From contig CM082578.2 in NCBI GenBank assembly GCA_040954595.2, positions 1,036,831 through 1,100,830 of the forward strand: DNA of 64,000 nucleotides. The letters run 5' to 3'. Below the pieces are notes generated by a model that was not told where the DNA came from, searched no databases, and saw nothing but the letters and a program-made list of their open reading frames with translations. The first letter of the stretch is position 1, and each line of letters starts with the position of its first letter. Shown here piece after piece: positions 25,301 to 37,057 of this stretch. The position numbers and the translations under genes were made by a program. This DNA comes from Balanoglossus misakiensis. Taxonomy: Eukaryota > Animalia > Hemichordata.

Positions 25301-26632
25301 ATTTAACGTATGCAATTTAGTTTTTTCACCTTCATACTTTTCATGTCTGACTTTCTTTTTCAGTCGTACACTCATGGCTCTTCCACGTTTCTTACCTCTC
25401 ACTGGTGCAATACACTGCAGTTCATCATGTGTTTTAAATACTTCATCTAAATGGACCTCTTTTTTCAAACCATTCAGTGTTGAGCAACCATCGTCTGTCA
25501 CATCCATGCACTCTCCAGTCACAATCTCAACAGGGACAACTTCATTGCAATCAATGTGTGTACAATGACAGGTTTCCAACTGTGGTGTCTTCACACACTC
25601 AACTACTTCATAATGGTTTCTATTGCGATGGTTCAAGTATATACCAACACCTCTATCAACATTGTGTTTATTGATTATATTACAAGAATGTTTCCACCAA
25701 CTATCGAAACTGTACACGAAAATATTTACATTGAAGAGATTAGTAGTGGCAAGGATTTCAGTTTCTGTAGCCCATGTTCCTAGACAATCCATTCTGGACT
25801 TCTCAATATAATCAGCAACTGATGTATATCCATCTAACCTTACCCAGCCTGAATATACTTCCTCATTGGCTTCCAAGTGATTTACAATGGCCGTTCGAAT
25901 AACTCTGTGATTTCGCTCAGTCCCACTTATACAATATGACAAGGACCTAAAATAACAGTTACCATCACCAATTATTGACTTGTACTTACATGGTTCTCCA
26001 ATCGTAACACTTCCAAGTTTATTGATAATATCAATATAATTTTTATCTACAATGTCAAATTTGCAACATAGCTGTTCACATACATCAGAAGTTAATGGAG
26101 AAAATGAATAAACGCTGTCCCCTGTTCCACTGCCAATATACAGGTCGTCATTTTCAACACTTTGATCTCCAGTCTCAAATATGTCATTATTCACTTTTGT
26201 TCCTTTATTTGCTTTCAAACTGTCACTTTTTCTGATTATGTCAACATCCGTATTCCTGTTTTTTAAGAGGACAGACTCCTCTGTTACAATATCCGTATTC
26301 CTGTTTTTAGAGAGGACAGACTCCTCAGTTACTATCTCCGTATTCCTGTTTTTTAAGAGGACAGACTCCTCTGTTACAACATCCGTATTCCTGTTTTTAG
26401 AGAGGACAGACTCCTCTGTTACTATCTCCGTATTCCTGTTTTTTAAGAGGACAGACTCCTCTGTTTCAATCTCCGTATTCCTGTTTTTTAAGAGGACAGA
26501 CTCCTCTGTTTCAATCTCCGTATTCCTGTTTTTTAAGAGGACAGACTCCTCTCCATCACTCCTGTTCTGAGACAGAACAGGATCTTCTTTCTTCTGACTC
26601 CTCTTCTTCCTCCAATATCTACTGCGGGGCAT
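19355..26632 (-). CDS. Second Helentron RepHel transposase, ~2425 aa, same OTU-Zn-Rep-Pif1-APE architecture
   Basis: GDGNCYFRSLS..NRNHY; YRVEFQQRGSPHTHCLFW; YIVSYISKAE; GGAGTGKS; DEISM; GDFYQLPPV; GQAYVALSR; ETW, VYRP, GDFN, IDH, SFH. True ATG at 26632 (MPRSRYWRKKRSQ) follows the acceptor tttgttgcAG. Confidence 0.96.
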   Translation of the reverse strand: MPRSRYWRKKRSQKKEDPVLSQNRSDGEESVLLKNRNTEIETEESVLLKNRNTEIETEESVLLKNRNTEIVTEESVLSKNRNTDVVTEESVLLKNRNTEIVTEESVLSKNRNTDIVTEESVLLKNRNTDVDIIRKSDSLKANKGTKVNNDIFETGDQSVENDDLYIGSGTGDSVYSFSPLTSDVCEQLCCKFDIVDKNYIDIINKLGSVTIGEPCKYKSIIGDGNCYFRSLSYCISGTERNHRVIRTAIVNHLEANEEVYSGWVRLDGYTSVADYIEKSRMDCLGTWATETEILATTNLFNVNIFVYSFDSWWKHSCNIINKHNVDRGVGIYLNHRNRNHYEVVECVKTPQLETCHCTHIDCNEVVPVEIVTGECMDVTDDGCSTLNGLKKEVHLDEVFKTHDELQCIAPVRGKKRGRAMSVRLKKKVRHEKYEGEKTKLHTLNVSSIVRTCKAGREYERYHTHSEYRDNMKLDKRKRYVEDELHRENKKQQLASRYEHDVKFREAQKTVCAKRSKAKYKNDSLYREHKKSQNAAQCVDKYKKDEKFRERKKSQSAAQCVDKYKKDEEFRERKKSQSAAQCVDKYKIDEKFRERKKSQSAAQCVDKYRKDKQFQRRQRKRCLERYQQDQHYKENVLERSRIEGKVKKMKKQNIEDVIIDFRNETSVGPNCVCSVCHRRLFRKQVLVCNMDKYVSRNVFCEMKAKKCITEDYVHNCSKLCIVDCPLKSSAAGKLWICHTCHSKLLRAEMPVQAAANNLDVKPIPNELKCLNSLEQHLIALHIPFMKMMALPRGGQNGVHGPVVCVPSNIQKTTSILPRGELHDQMIKVKLKRKLSYKGCYQYQFVNKGHIQNALEYLQKNNTWYSDVKFNLAWENTLEKTEENIDAEGNENTVDKTSDIERNDVASDTEGGIEPEKDTDGIFMDTCFQPVDIGQDILDYHFDDIACVAPGEDNKPVRVLMEKFNEAKCFPVIFPTGSPTFHDDREVKITIGRYLQSRLMNASNRFARSTDYIFYAQYRSELDQVVSNVSIALRKGTANACGKKVTSDVLTDGDSLREILKCDEGYKFLKPVRGTPPYWQATQKDIFAMIRQLGIPTWFCSFSAVDLRWKEVVETILREEGDTRNAEDLDWSEKCGILRRNPVTAARMFDHRFHCFLTDVIMSPASPIGKIKDYFYRVEFQQRGSPHTHCLFWVENAPKVDKDSDEDVVEFVDRYVTCEMPSIEEDEVMHEIVKTVQKHSSRHSKSCKKKGTTCRFNFPRPPSKKTFVCHPSVSIDTGTEMTNDEECKNAKVTTPLENEFETDLPHLDDTALGEKRARHILERVWTCLCDKEQQIDTIDELFNAVGISQEMFEQANAILAKKTSVVLKREPSDVWVNQYNANLLRCWNANMDIQFVVDAYACVVYIVSYISKAEREMGLLLEHAQKEANKEGNMDAKSAMKELGGVYLHNREICAQEAVYRVCGLKLKQSSRKVQFIPTGENQIKMSLPLAIIQKKMRGVDLDEDDIWMNSIVDRYKNRPNGEDFDNMCLATFCSEYRVVSKSEMKNVSNDKRHSPIVKLKNDVGYMQKRSRSDGAVVRYARFSVTKCPEKHYGSILQLFLPYRTESQLKPSGFESFEDFYCLGAVKCGSASLEKVKMIVDTNKALFETEADAIDAAGQFLDENGHLEDAWAQICPENELERLECIEEGKKCCDDDPVDDSDIPDLAKKPKGDDCHVEISNSMKKYEVETMCRSLNKKQAEVFYTVRKWCLDKSNGKNPEPFYLFVTGGAGTGKSHLIKTIYHEAKRILARAMPDIDGISIALTAPTGVAAFNIQGTTLHHIFSIAVDSKLPYQPLREEKLNTLRCKFGNLQILIIDEISMVDKKLLYYVHGRLRQIKQSSTQSPFGNVCVIAVGDFYQLPPVKGSPLCVDIESTNLWKDNFSMVELTEIMRQKDCAFAEALNRVRVHKKGDTLKDGDVAMLQKCVTGETSEAMHVFATNAEVNSCNVEMLHSQCSDPMCIEAEDFSRNPKTGRLEKKEGHHVKVYRTTLPKTLTLAVGARVQLTHNISVADGLVNGVFGTVCHIAVKPNVKFPAAIYVVFDNEKVGQGLRKKKPITISDLPVNSTPIEPQEMSVASNGGIRRQFPLKLAWACTVHKVQGLTVEKAVVNLKKMFAPGQAYVALSRVTSLDGLIINDFNKSSIYCNEKVQEALETMPKFLPKCTQTEQSNYTCSFVLHNVEGLVNHIKDICNDGHFLEADFICLTETWLSEKGTQCNVQLSGFEFNHQPRSQSYNQFDTNTSSLQLQQRGGVGLYSKLCNDFEILHLAVCNLECISFYVTKINVTVAVVYRPPSYKAEVFKSSLVCLVKAMEKYPGGNMIMGDFNEDILTRSSLVKFMEDHGFRQTVSEPTTEANTLIDHVYVKGIENVLVNVVPKYFSFHEAISIKI
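24815..25060 (-). repeat. 66-bp coding repeat (KKSQSAAQCVDKYKKDEEFRER) x ~4
   Basis: Units begin at about 24820, 24886, 24952 and 25018. Confidence 0.9.
26245..26552 (-). repeat. 45-bp coding repeat (TEESVLLKNRNTEIV) x ~7
   Basis: Directly visible. Confidence 0.92.
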
Positions 26633-26899
26633 CTGCAACAAACAAAATATACTCTCTGGTTAGGTTGTTACTATACATTCACCACCAGACTTCAGATAAC
26701 CTTCTCATCAAATCACATCACTAGTGATTATAACCAGTAAAAAGTAGTGGAACTTTTAACAGACAGAAGTGATTTATAGAAACTAAGTCCGAACAAAGTT
26801 GTAATTCAACAGCAACACATAATACACACATATCCCCATGCCTATATACAAATAGACACATATACACACGAAGTATCACAGATACTTTTTTCTGCTGGA

Positions 26900-29800
26900 A
26901 AACAGGATAAGGCTTAAATCCTGACCCCTGTATGACCTAACCTTCTGGCATTCTCATTAGAATGTGCTCAGACAAATCTCACATCTGAGTGAAATTTTCT
27001 TTAAAAATCATTTCCACTATTTACCAATATCAAGTCCAAGTACGATAGGCACACATGTATGAATTTGCACAGACATACACAAATACACGGACACCCCAAC
27101 ATCTACTGTGTACAAACAAATAAGGCTTCAGTCCTGACCCTGTATGACCCGACATTTTCCCATTGACGTTGCAATGAACTCAGCCAAATCTGAATAAAAT
27201 TTCACTTCAAAATCATTCCCACCAGTTAGCAATATCAAACCCAAGTACAACGATAGGCATACATGTATGAATTTGCAAAGACATAAACAAATACACAGAC
27301 ACCCCAACATCTACTGTGTACAAACAAATAAGGCTTCAGTCCTGACCCTGTATGACCTGACATTTTCCTATTTATATTGCAATGAACTCAGCCAAATCAG
27401 AATAAAATTCACTTCAAAATCATTCCCACCAGTTAGCAATACCAAGTCCAAGTACAATGATAGGCATACATGTATGAATTTGCACAGACATAAACAAATA
27501 CACGGACACCCCAACATCTACTGTGTACAAACAAATAAGGCTTCAGTCCTGACCCTGTATGACCTGACATTTTCCTATTTACATTGCAATGAACTCAGCC
27601 AAATCTGAATAAAATTTCACTTCAAAATCATTCCCACCAGTTAGCAATATCAAGTCCAAGTACAATGATAGGCATACATGTATGAATTTGCAAAGACATA
27701 AACAAATACACGGACACCCCAACATCTACTGTGTACAAACAAATAAGGCTTCAGTCCTGACCCTGTATGACCCGACATTTTCCCATTTACGTTGCAATGA
27801 ACTCAGCCAAATCTGAATAAAATTTCACTTCAAAATCATTCCCACCAGTTAGCAATATCAAGTCCAAGTACAATGATAGGCATACATGTATGAATTTGCA
27901 AAGACATAAACAAATACACGGACACCCCAACATCTACTGTGTACAAACAATTAAGGCTTCAGTCCTGACCCTGTATGACCCGACATTTTCCTATTTACAT
28001 TGCAATGAACTCAGCCAAATCAGAATAAAATTTCACTTCAAAATCATTCCCACCAGTTAGCAATATCAAGTCCAAGTACAATGATAGGCATACATGTATG
28101 AATTTGCAAAGACATAAACAAATACACGGACACCCCAACATCTACTGTGTACAAACAAATAAGGCTTCAGTCCTGACCCTGTATGACCCGACATTTTCCT
28201 ATTTACATTGCAATGAACTCAGCCAAATCAGAATAAAATTTCACTTCAAAATCATTCCCACCAGTTAGCAATATCAAGTCCAAGTACAATGATAGGCATA
28301 CATGTATGAATTTGCAAAGACATAAACAAATACACGGACACCCCAACATCTACTGTGTACAAACAAATAAGGCTTCAGTCCTGACCCTGTATGACCCGAC
28401 ATTTTCCCATTTACGTTGCAATGAACTCAGCCAAATCTGAATAAAATTTCACTTCAAAATCATTCCCACCAGTTAGCAATATCAAGTCCAAGTACAATGA
28501 TAGGCATACATGTATGAATTTGCAAAGACATAAACAAATACACGGACACCCCAACATCTACTGTGTACAAACAAATAAGGCTTCAGTCCTGACCCTGTAT
28601 GACCCGACATTTTCCTATTTACATTGCAATGAACTCAGCCAAATCAGAATAAAATTTCACTTCAAAATCATTCCCACCAGTTAGCAATATCAAGTCCAAG
28701 TACAATGATAGGCATACATGTATGAATTTGCAAAGACATAAACAAATACACGGACACCCCAACATCTACTGTGTACAAACAAATAAGGCTTCAGTCCTGA
28801 CCCTGTATGACCCGACATTTTCCCATTTACGTTGCAATGAACTCAGCCAAATCTGAATAAAATTTCACTTCAAAATCATTCCCACCAGTTAGCAATATCA
28901 AGTCCAAGTACAATGATAGGCATACATGTATGAATTTGCAAAGACATAAACAAATACACGGACACCCCAACATCTACTGTGTACAAACAAATAAGGCTTC
29001 AGTCCTGACCCTGTATGACCTGACATTTTCCTATTTACATTGCAATGAACTCAGCCAAATCAGAATAAAATTTCACTTCAAAATCATTCCCACCAGTTAG
29101 CAATATCAAGTCCAAGTACAATGATAGGCATACATGTATGAATTTGCAAAGACATAAACAAATACACGGACACCCCAACATCTACTGTGTACAAACAAAT
29201 AAGGCTTCAGTCCTGACCCTGTATGACCCGACATTTTCCTATTTACATTGCAATGAACTCAGCCAAATCAGAATAAAATTTCACTTCAAAATCATTCCCA
29301 CCAGTTAGCAATATCAAGTCCAAGTACAATGATAGGCATACATGTATGAATTTGCAAAGACATAAACAAATACACGGACACCCCAACATCTACTGTGTAC
29401 AAACAAATAAGGCTTCAGTCCTGACCCTGTATGACCCGACATTTTCCTATTTACATTGCAATGAACTCAGCCAAATCAGAATAAAATTTCACTTCAAAAT
29501 CATTCCCACCAGTTAGCAATATCAAGTCCAAGTACAATGATAGGCATACATGTATGAATTTGCAAAGACATAAACAAATACACGGACACCCCAACATCTA
29601 CTGTGTACAAACAAATAAGGCTTCAGTCCTGACCCTGTATGACCCGACATTTTCCTATTTACATTGCAATGAACTCAGCCAAATCAGAATAAAATTTCAC
29701 TTCAAAATCATTCCCACCAGTTAGCAATATCAAGTCCAAGTACAATGATAGGCATACATGTATGAATTTGCAAAGACATAAACAAATACACGGACACCCC

Positions 29801-32470
29801 AACATCTACTGTGTACAAACAAATAAGGCTTCAGTCCTGACCCTGTATGACCCGACATTTTCCCATTTACGTTGCAATGAACTCAGCCAAATCTGAATAA
29901 AATTTCACTTCAAAATCATTCCCACCAGTTAGCAATATCAAGTCCAAGTACAATGATAGGCATACATGTATGAATTTGCAAAGACATAAACAAATACACG
30001 GACACCCCAACATCTACTGTGTACAAACAAATAAGGCTTCAGTCCTGACCCTGTATGACCCGACATTTTCCTATTTACATTGCAATGAACTCAGCCAAAT
30101 CAGAATAAAATTTCACTTCAAAATCATTCCCACCAGTTAGCAATATCAAGTCCAAGTACAATGATAGGCATACATGTATGAATTTGCAAAGACATAAACA
30201 AATACACGGACACCCCAACATCTACTGTGTACAAACAAATAAGGCTTCAGTCCTGACCCTGTATGACCCGACATTTTCCCATTTACGTTGCAATGAACTC
30301 AGCCAAATCTGAATAAAATTTCACTTCAAAATCATTCCCACCAGTTAGCAATATCAAGTCCAAGTACAATGATAGGCATACATGTATGAATTTGCAAAGA
30401 CATAAACAAATACACGGACACCCCAACATCTACTGTGTACAAACAAATAAGGCTTCAGTCCTGACCCTGTATGACCTGACATTTTCCTATTTACATTGCA
30501 ATGAACTCAGCCAAATCAGAATAAAATTTCACTTCAAAATCATTCCCACCAGTTAGCAATATCAAGTCCAAGTACAATGATAGGCATACATGTATGAATT
30601 TGCAAAGACATAAACAAATACACGGACACCCCAACATCTACTGTGTACAAACAAATAAGGCTTCAGTCCTGACCCTGTATGACCCGACATTTTCCTATTT
30701 ACATTGCAATGAACTCAGCCAAATCAGAATAAAATTTCACTTCAAAATCATTCCCACCAGTTAGCAATATCAAGTCCAAGTACAATGATAGGCATACATG
30801 TATGAATTTGCAAAGACATAAACAAATACACGGACACCCCAACATCTACTGTGTACAAACAAATAAGGCTTCAGTCCTGACCCTGTATGACCTGACATTT
30901 TCCTATTTATATTGCAATGAACTCAGCCAAATCAGAATAAAATTTCACTTCAAAATCATTCCCACCAGTTAGCAATATCAAGTCCAAGTACAATGATAGG
31001 CATACATGTATGAATTTGCAAAGACATAAACAAATACACGGACACCCCAACATCTACTGTGTACAAACAAATAAGGCTTCAGTCCTGACCCTGTATGACC
31101 CGACATTTTCCCATTTACGTTGCAATGAACTCAGCCAAATCTGAATAAAATTTCACTTCAAAATCATTCCCACCAGTTAGCAATATCAAGTCCAAGTACA
31201 ATGATAGGCATACATGTATGAATTTGCAAAGACATAAACAAATACACGGACACCCCAACATCTACTGTGTACAAACAAATAAGGCTTCAGTCCTGACCCT
31301 GTATGACCTGACATTTTCCTATTTATATTGCAATGAACTCAGCCAAATCAGAATAAAATTTCACTTCAAAATCATTCCCACCAGTTAGCAATATCAAGTC
31401 CAAGTACAATGATAGGCATACATGTATGAATTTGCAAAGACATAAACAAATACACGGACACCCCAACATCTACTGTGTACAAACAAATAAGGCTTCAGTC
31501 CTGACCCTGTATGACCCGACATTTTCCCATTTACGTTGCAATGAACTCAGCCAAATCAGAATAAAATTTCACTTCAAAATCATTCCCACCAGTTAGCAAT
31601 ATCAAGTCCAAGTACAATGATAGCCATACATGTATGAATTTGCAAAGACATAAACAAATACACGGACACCCCAACATCTACTGTGTACAACCAAATAAGG
31701 CTTCAGACCCGACCCTGTATGACCCGACATTTTCCTATTTACGTTGCAATGAACTCAGCAAAATCTGAATAAAATTTCACTTCAAAATCATTCCCACCAG
31801 TTAGCAATATCAAGTCCAAGTACAATGATAGCCATACATGTATGAATTTGCAAAGACATAAACAAATACACGGACACCCCAACATCTACTGTGTACAACC
31901 AAATAAGGCTTCAGACCCGACCCTGTATGACCCGACATTTTCCTATTTACGTTGCAATGAACTCAGCAAAATCTGAATGAAATTTCCTTACAAAACCATT
32001 TCTACTAGTTACCAATATAAAGTCCCAGTACAATGACAAGCATGCATGCATACATACATAGACAAACAGATACATACACACTAAAGTATTCACAGATACC
32101 CTTGAACCCTGCCCTCTGTATAACGTTACATTCTGGCATTTTCGTTGCAATGTGCTCAGACACATCTGAGATAAATTTTCTTCAAAAATCATTTCCACTA
32201 GTTAGCAAAATAAAGTCCCACTACAATGACATACAGACATGCATGCATACAGACAGATAGACAAACAGATACACACACACACACAAACAGTATTCACAAA
32301 CACCCTTCTTCCCTTCTGAAAAACCTGATTAGGTTTAAATCCGGACCCCTGTATGACCTTACATTGTGCCATTTTCATTGCAATGTGCTCAGACAAATCT
32401 GAGATAAATTTTCTTTAAACAAATTTACACTAGTTACCAATATAAAGTCCCACTTCAATGACGAGAATGC
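26900..32470. repeat. 208-bp satellite array, ~24 near-identical units plus diverged edge units
   Basis: aacatctact recurs at 27721, 27929 ... 28761, 29801, 30841 (period 208); no unique spacers. Confidence 0.97.
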
Positions 32471-32518
32471 ATGCATACATACATACATACATACATACAT
32501 ACATACATACACACAATA

Positions 32519-32549
<31 letters not shown>

Positions 32550-32605
32550 AATACATACATACATGTATACATACATATCAACATACATACATATATACAT
32601 TACAT
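32470..32605. repeat. Imperfect (TACA)n microsatellite grown out of the last satellite unit
   Basis: Directly visible. Confidence 0.9.
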
Positions 32606-33337
32606 ATATTGGAATGTTTCTGACTTTATGTATGACATAAAACACTTGAGCACTTCTACTAAATTAGTAACACTCACCTCGAGACTGACATATATTTCGA
32701 CAGCGAAAAACTGTGAAGAAAATGGACAAAATTATTAAAATAACCCATAAACTATATTGTATAATCAAACCAGTACAGCACACTAGCCAACAAAAAACAA
32801 CTCTTCCTCGGTTCCATTATGAATATGTAACAATACAGAAAAGTATCCTTTTTGACAGAACAACAAATTCAGATCTCAAACAACCGCGAAAAGTTCTGCA
32901 CAGGTTAGCAAATTACAACATCACATTGGCACTAAAATATACCATATCATAGCAGCTACATTGTACACTGCTTCATGATATCGAACTACACACGTACATT
33001 TTGTAGCAATAACCCCAACTGTCCAGTATTAGTCTTCAAGAAATACAACACAAACAAGCAAAGTATGTGCTCCCAACATACATTAAATATTCCATTATAG
33101 ACTTCCACCAGCCAGATGCCAATTTCTTTCCCAAAATACACCTTACCTGAACAATGCTACAGGAATGCATCCACCAATGCGATTCACCTTTAGCCACAAA
33201 AGAAACATGTACTTTGGTGTACTACAAATTTCTTTATTACCAATCATAACATTGAACAGATTTGAAATATTAGAATTGACCGCGTTCGTTACATTCAAGT
33301 ATTATACATAATATACACGGCCACAGACTCAGTCAAA

Positions 33338-33781
33338 CAATCTGATCAAAATCAGATGTAGTGTTGGGCGCCGTCTTTACCTTTACTGTTTCTTGGCTAT
33401 TCTGTTCGGAAGGGACGCCCACACTACATCTGAACCTATGCCATAGGAGATCTCGTATAAATCTCACGCTTTCTCAAGCCAATCAGAGCGATCGTTAGAG
33501 AAAAAAACTGGCGGTGTGGAAAAACAAACGAACTTGAACAATATAAACCAGTTTCCAGCGCGTGGCGTGCGCGTGGCCAGTTCCAAAGCGTCGGGAAAGC
33601 CGCTCTGTGATTGGTCGAATGGATCCATTCGCCAGAAGGAGATCTTCTATGGCATAGGTTCAGATGTAGTGTGGCGCGTACACCGAGACAGCAAGACAGA
33701 GAACAGAACAGCCCTGGCAAACACAGGAACAGAACAGCCGAAGACAGCGCCAAAACTGTACATCTGATTTTAATCAGATTG
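33338..33781. mobile_element. Palindromic MITE-like element with nested inverted repeats
   Basis: caatctgatcaaaatcagatgta / tacatctgattttaatcagattg; cacactacatctgaacctatgccatag (33420) / ctatggcataggttcagatgtagtgtg (~33673); ccaatcagagcg / cgctctgtgattgg. Confidence 0.75.
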
Positions 33782-34349
33782 CCACTCAACCTACATAATT
33801 AAGCACTTGTATGGAGGGATCCATGTGCAGAGAGGGGAATTTGGATGTACCGAACTGCTGATGCTTATATTACTTCCCGAAACAATATCCAACATCTTCT
33901 AAAAAACTTGCTAAAAATTCTGGCGCTATTGTCTATGTCTGAAACAGTCCGTGACCTCTGAACCGATATGGGTACATGGTCACCGCCATCTTGAAATACT
34001 GAACACACTCGACGATCGCGACGAGTGAAAACAAAACCTCAAAAATACCACTCTTGAATATTTAAAATCATACTACCACTGCAAAAACTAGAACAACATA
34101 ATCGACACCGTCAAGTGTGAACACATTTAAACCCCCGACTCAGTGACTTATACCATGTTTAATATTGCATGCATATCATACTCACCAGTTAAGTGTCCAC
34201 TACCCTTCCTATACAGATTCGTTTTCAAATATAATTTACATGTAATCTGCTCCTTGCCTCTCAAGAGGGCGCTGTCGTCTACGGTACCTATTAAGGATGT
34301 ATCATGCAGCACTCCTTTGCACTTTCTCGATGTGAATGATATCAGTCTG

Positions 34350-34565
34350 TCTGTATGTGTGGATGCCACACAGTGGGAGCGTATTCCACCATTGGTCTTA
34401 CAAGGGATTTATATTACTTTCTCCTTCATCGAGTGGGAACTAATTTAAAGATTTCTACAAAGAAATCCCAGAGATTCGTTTACTTAGCCTTGTTACAAAT
34501 GGAATTAATATATTCATACCAATTAAGCCCAGATGTCAAGATACAACCAGGAATTTTTTCTGAGA
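34350..34565 (-). pseudogene. Fragment of non-LTR retrotransposon (CR1/L2-group) reverse transcriptase C-terminus
   Basis: Broken translation SGLNWYEYINSICNKA...YKSLVRPMVEYAPTVWHPH resembles the LINE motif SDLSW..HI..IC.KA...YKSLVRP.LEYAS.VWDP. Confidence 0.75.
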
Positions 34566-36481
34566 TTTTATGTTTTACTATTTTCCCGTCTAAATTTTAA
34601 TAATAAGTAACTGGTCTGCCTTTTAGGCAAATTATATTACACGAAACAACGAAACCCGAAACAACGACAACGCGAAACAGGCTATGTGGAAGCGAGGATT
34701 ATGCAATAGGAGTGTTGGGAAAGTAAACCAATTATAAAGTGTAACGTTTTATTTCCCTTGCCATTTATAAACATTCATTTGTATTTTAATAGTTGATTAT
34801 TCTTTTCGTTGAAAAATATTCTAAAATGAAAAGGGAAGTTACATAAAGAAAAAAGCATATGCCGCCGTTTTGATGATTGTACCCTATTTCAATAATGGTA
34901 TCGACTAAGTTAACGCATTGCAGAACAACTGCTCCCGCTTATACTTACATGTCCACACGAAGCAATACACTTTTGGCGGGTTGAAATTTCTCTAAGAAAC
35001 ATCACCAGGTTGAAAATAATTCGGATAACTACAACAAAAAACACAATGAATGAAAATATTACGCAGGGTGCATGACTACAAATACGTTTCTGAAACTTCT
35101 TTGGGATAATTTATGATTTATAATAAAACGTTACACTTTAAATTTGGTTTACTTTCCCAACACCCCTATTGCATAGTCCTCGCTTCCAATTACCCCAGTT
35201 TACTTTACTGTTTCGCGGTTTCATTGTTTATTTCGTGGAATATAACTAGCCTACGTTTTCTAGTAACCGAAAGCACTGAACATTTGTCATATATGGTGAC
35301 CATTTACGATGTTTAAATCGGCTTACGATCTGGTCAAATAATATTGTAACTAACGATTTTCCAACACTTATTTCAGAATGTTTGATTTTCCAAGTCTTTC
35401 CAACAGTAATTTCCAAATCCAGGAGCGTACGGTACGAATCCTGAATGAATTAGAATGAATAAGCTAAGCCACAATTTCCGAATATATAATAATGAACAAT
35501 GACGACAACCTCTAACAACAGAGCAATACGACTTTGGGTAAAGTCCACAATTACGCCTATAGCAATATTAGTATACATGAAGTATTGTCCGACTTAACAC
35601 TTCTCGGTGCCTTCTTCCTACACATACGCCTACATATCTACTCTACATTACAATTGTTCAATAACAAACCTGGCAACCAACCACACTTTGGCTACATCTT
35701 AAATACCTCAATTTAATTTCCACGAAACATATTTACATGTACACTGTTCAATGTTATCATTCAATATAGACATGGACAGGGATATCTAATGTCTGGTAGC
35801 TGGCAAAAAAACCTGGCTACTTTGCCCGTTTTTGTCGTCTGCTTTATTCAAATACCTACCTGTATCTAAATTAACCATCCTTCAACCATTTCCCCCGAAG
35901 TCCTTAATAAATCGGCAATTCTCAATACTTGGTTCTCCAATTAGTTCTTGTTGATATTGAATGTTTACGTGGAGCGAACCTTATGTTGTGCATTGAAATA
36001 TTTATCAACTTTATTTGTTTGCTTGTAGATAAAGCTGATAAAGACGGTACGCCTATTTAACGTTGATGTTGGCCCGACTTTTAACTATGCGCAAGGTTGC
36101 GACTGTAGAAAAAGTTCATACACCTTGTGCATGCACACCGAGACTTATGGCGCGACGTACACCATCACCTCCCCCCCCCCCCCCCCCCGTTTAGTGGATA
36201 TTCAGAGACACGATGGCTGCAGGTTCTTTGAATTACGGAGTAAACTGTTAAAGTATGGGCTGTGGTGGGTTGCACGTTGCACCACGTGGGCTTCAGAATT
36301 GTGCGTCCACTATAATTATGTATTATAAAAAGGTACAAAATAAAAAAAAATCTGAATATGTCATTTTCAAGTCAGGTTGTGTTAAAATACGTACGCACGT
36401 ATTGTTATTGGGGTATGCCCTAGTGCGACCTAGTAGTAGGCCATTGAGACCAATGTGTATAGGTACGGTCGGAGTGATTGG

Positions 36482-37057
36482 AATCCGTGGCACATTTCGG
36501 CCAACCAATAAACCGATTTGCAACTTCAAAAAAGGAAATTGAAAAAATGCTAAATGTTAATTTTCAAATTGTTTCTTCATCGTAATTATTAAATTATAGG
36601 CCTATTTTCTAATTACAAATTCTTCGTCCGAGATTGACAAATGGGAAATTGGTATATACTGCTGTGAGGATGGCACTTTGCGGCCATTCAAATTTCCCTC
36701 CGACGAACGTCATTTCCAACAATTCACTATTTCCGTTTTCCCAATTTTCAATTTACAACAAATCTATTTATCCTAATGAAGGGGGGGGGAGCTGATAGTA
36801 TCAATCTTTTGCCTAGGAATGCATTAAATTGTTACACTTGTTTTCGCGGGAAACTTCTTACCATGCATAATGTAACGATCATACAAAGAACACAAAAATC
36901 CTCTGTGCACGAAACCATTATTTTTTAGAGAGGGCCGATGAGATCGGAGGGTGAACATGTGTATTTGAATAATATAGCACGCATAGCATAGAGACCTTTT
37001 TTTCCTTTTTTGAAGTTGCAAATCGGTTTATTGGTTGGCCGAAATGTGCCACGGATT
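36482..37057. mobile_element. MITE, 576 bp, ~57-bp perfect TIRs, 6-bp TSD GATTGG
   Basis: AATCCGTGGCACATTTCGGCCAACCAATAAACCGATTTGCAACTTCAAAAAAGGAAA and its inverse; GATTGG at 36476-36481 and 37058-37063. Confidence 0.92.

Noticed and set aside
26633-26641. ORF-track start MLQ for RepHel-2
   Set aside because: It is a TTG within the splice acceptor; homology with RepHel-1 places the start at ATG 26632
26900-32470. CRISPR-like array
   Set aside because: Whole 208-bp units repeat with no unique spacers, no cas genes, and the context is eukaryotic
18240-32605. (TACA)n tracts on both sides of RepHel-2 as a split target site
   Set aside because: The right tract derives from the satellite unit and lies inside the predicted intron; no terminal structures adjoin either tract
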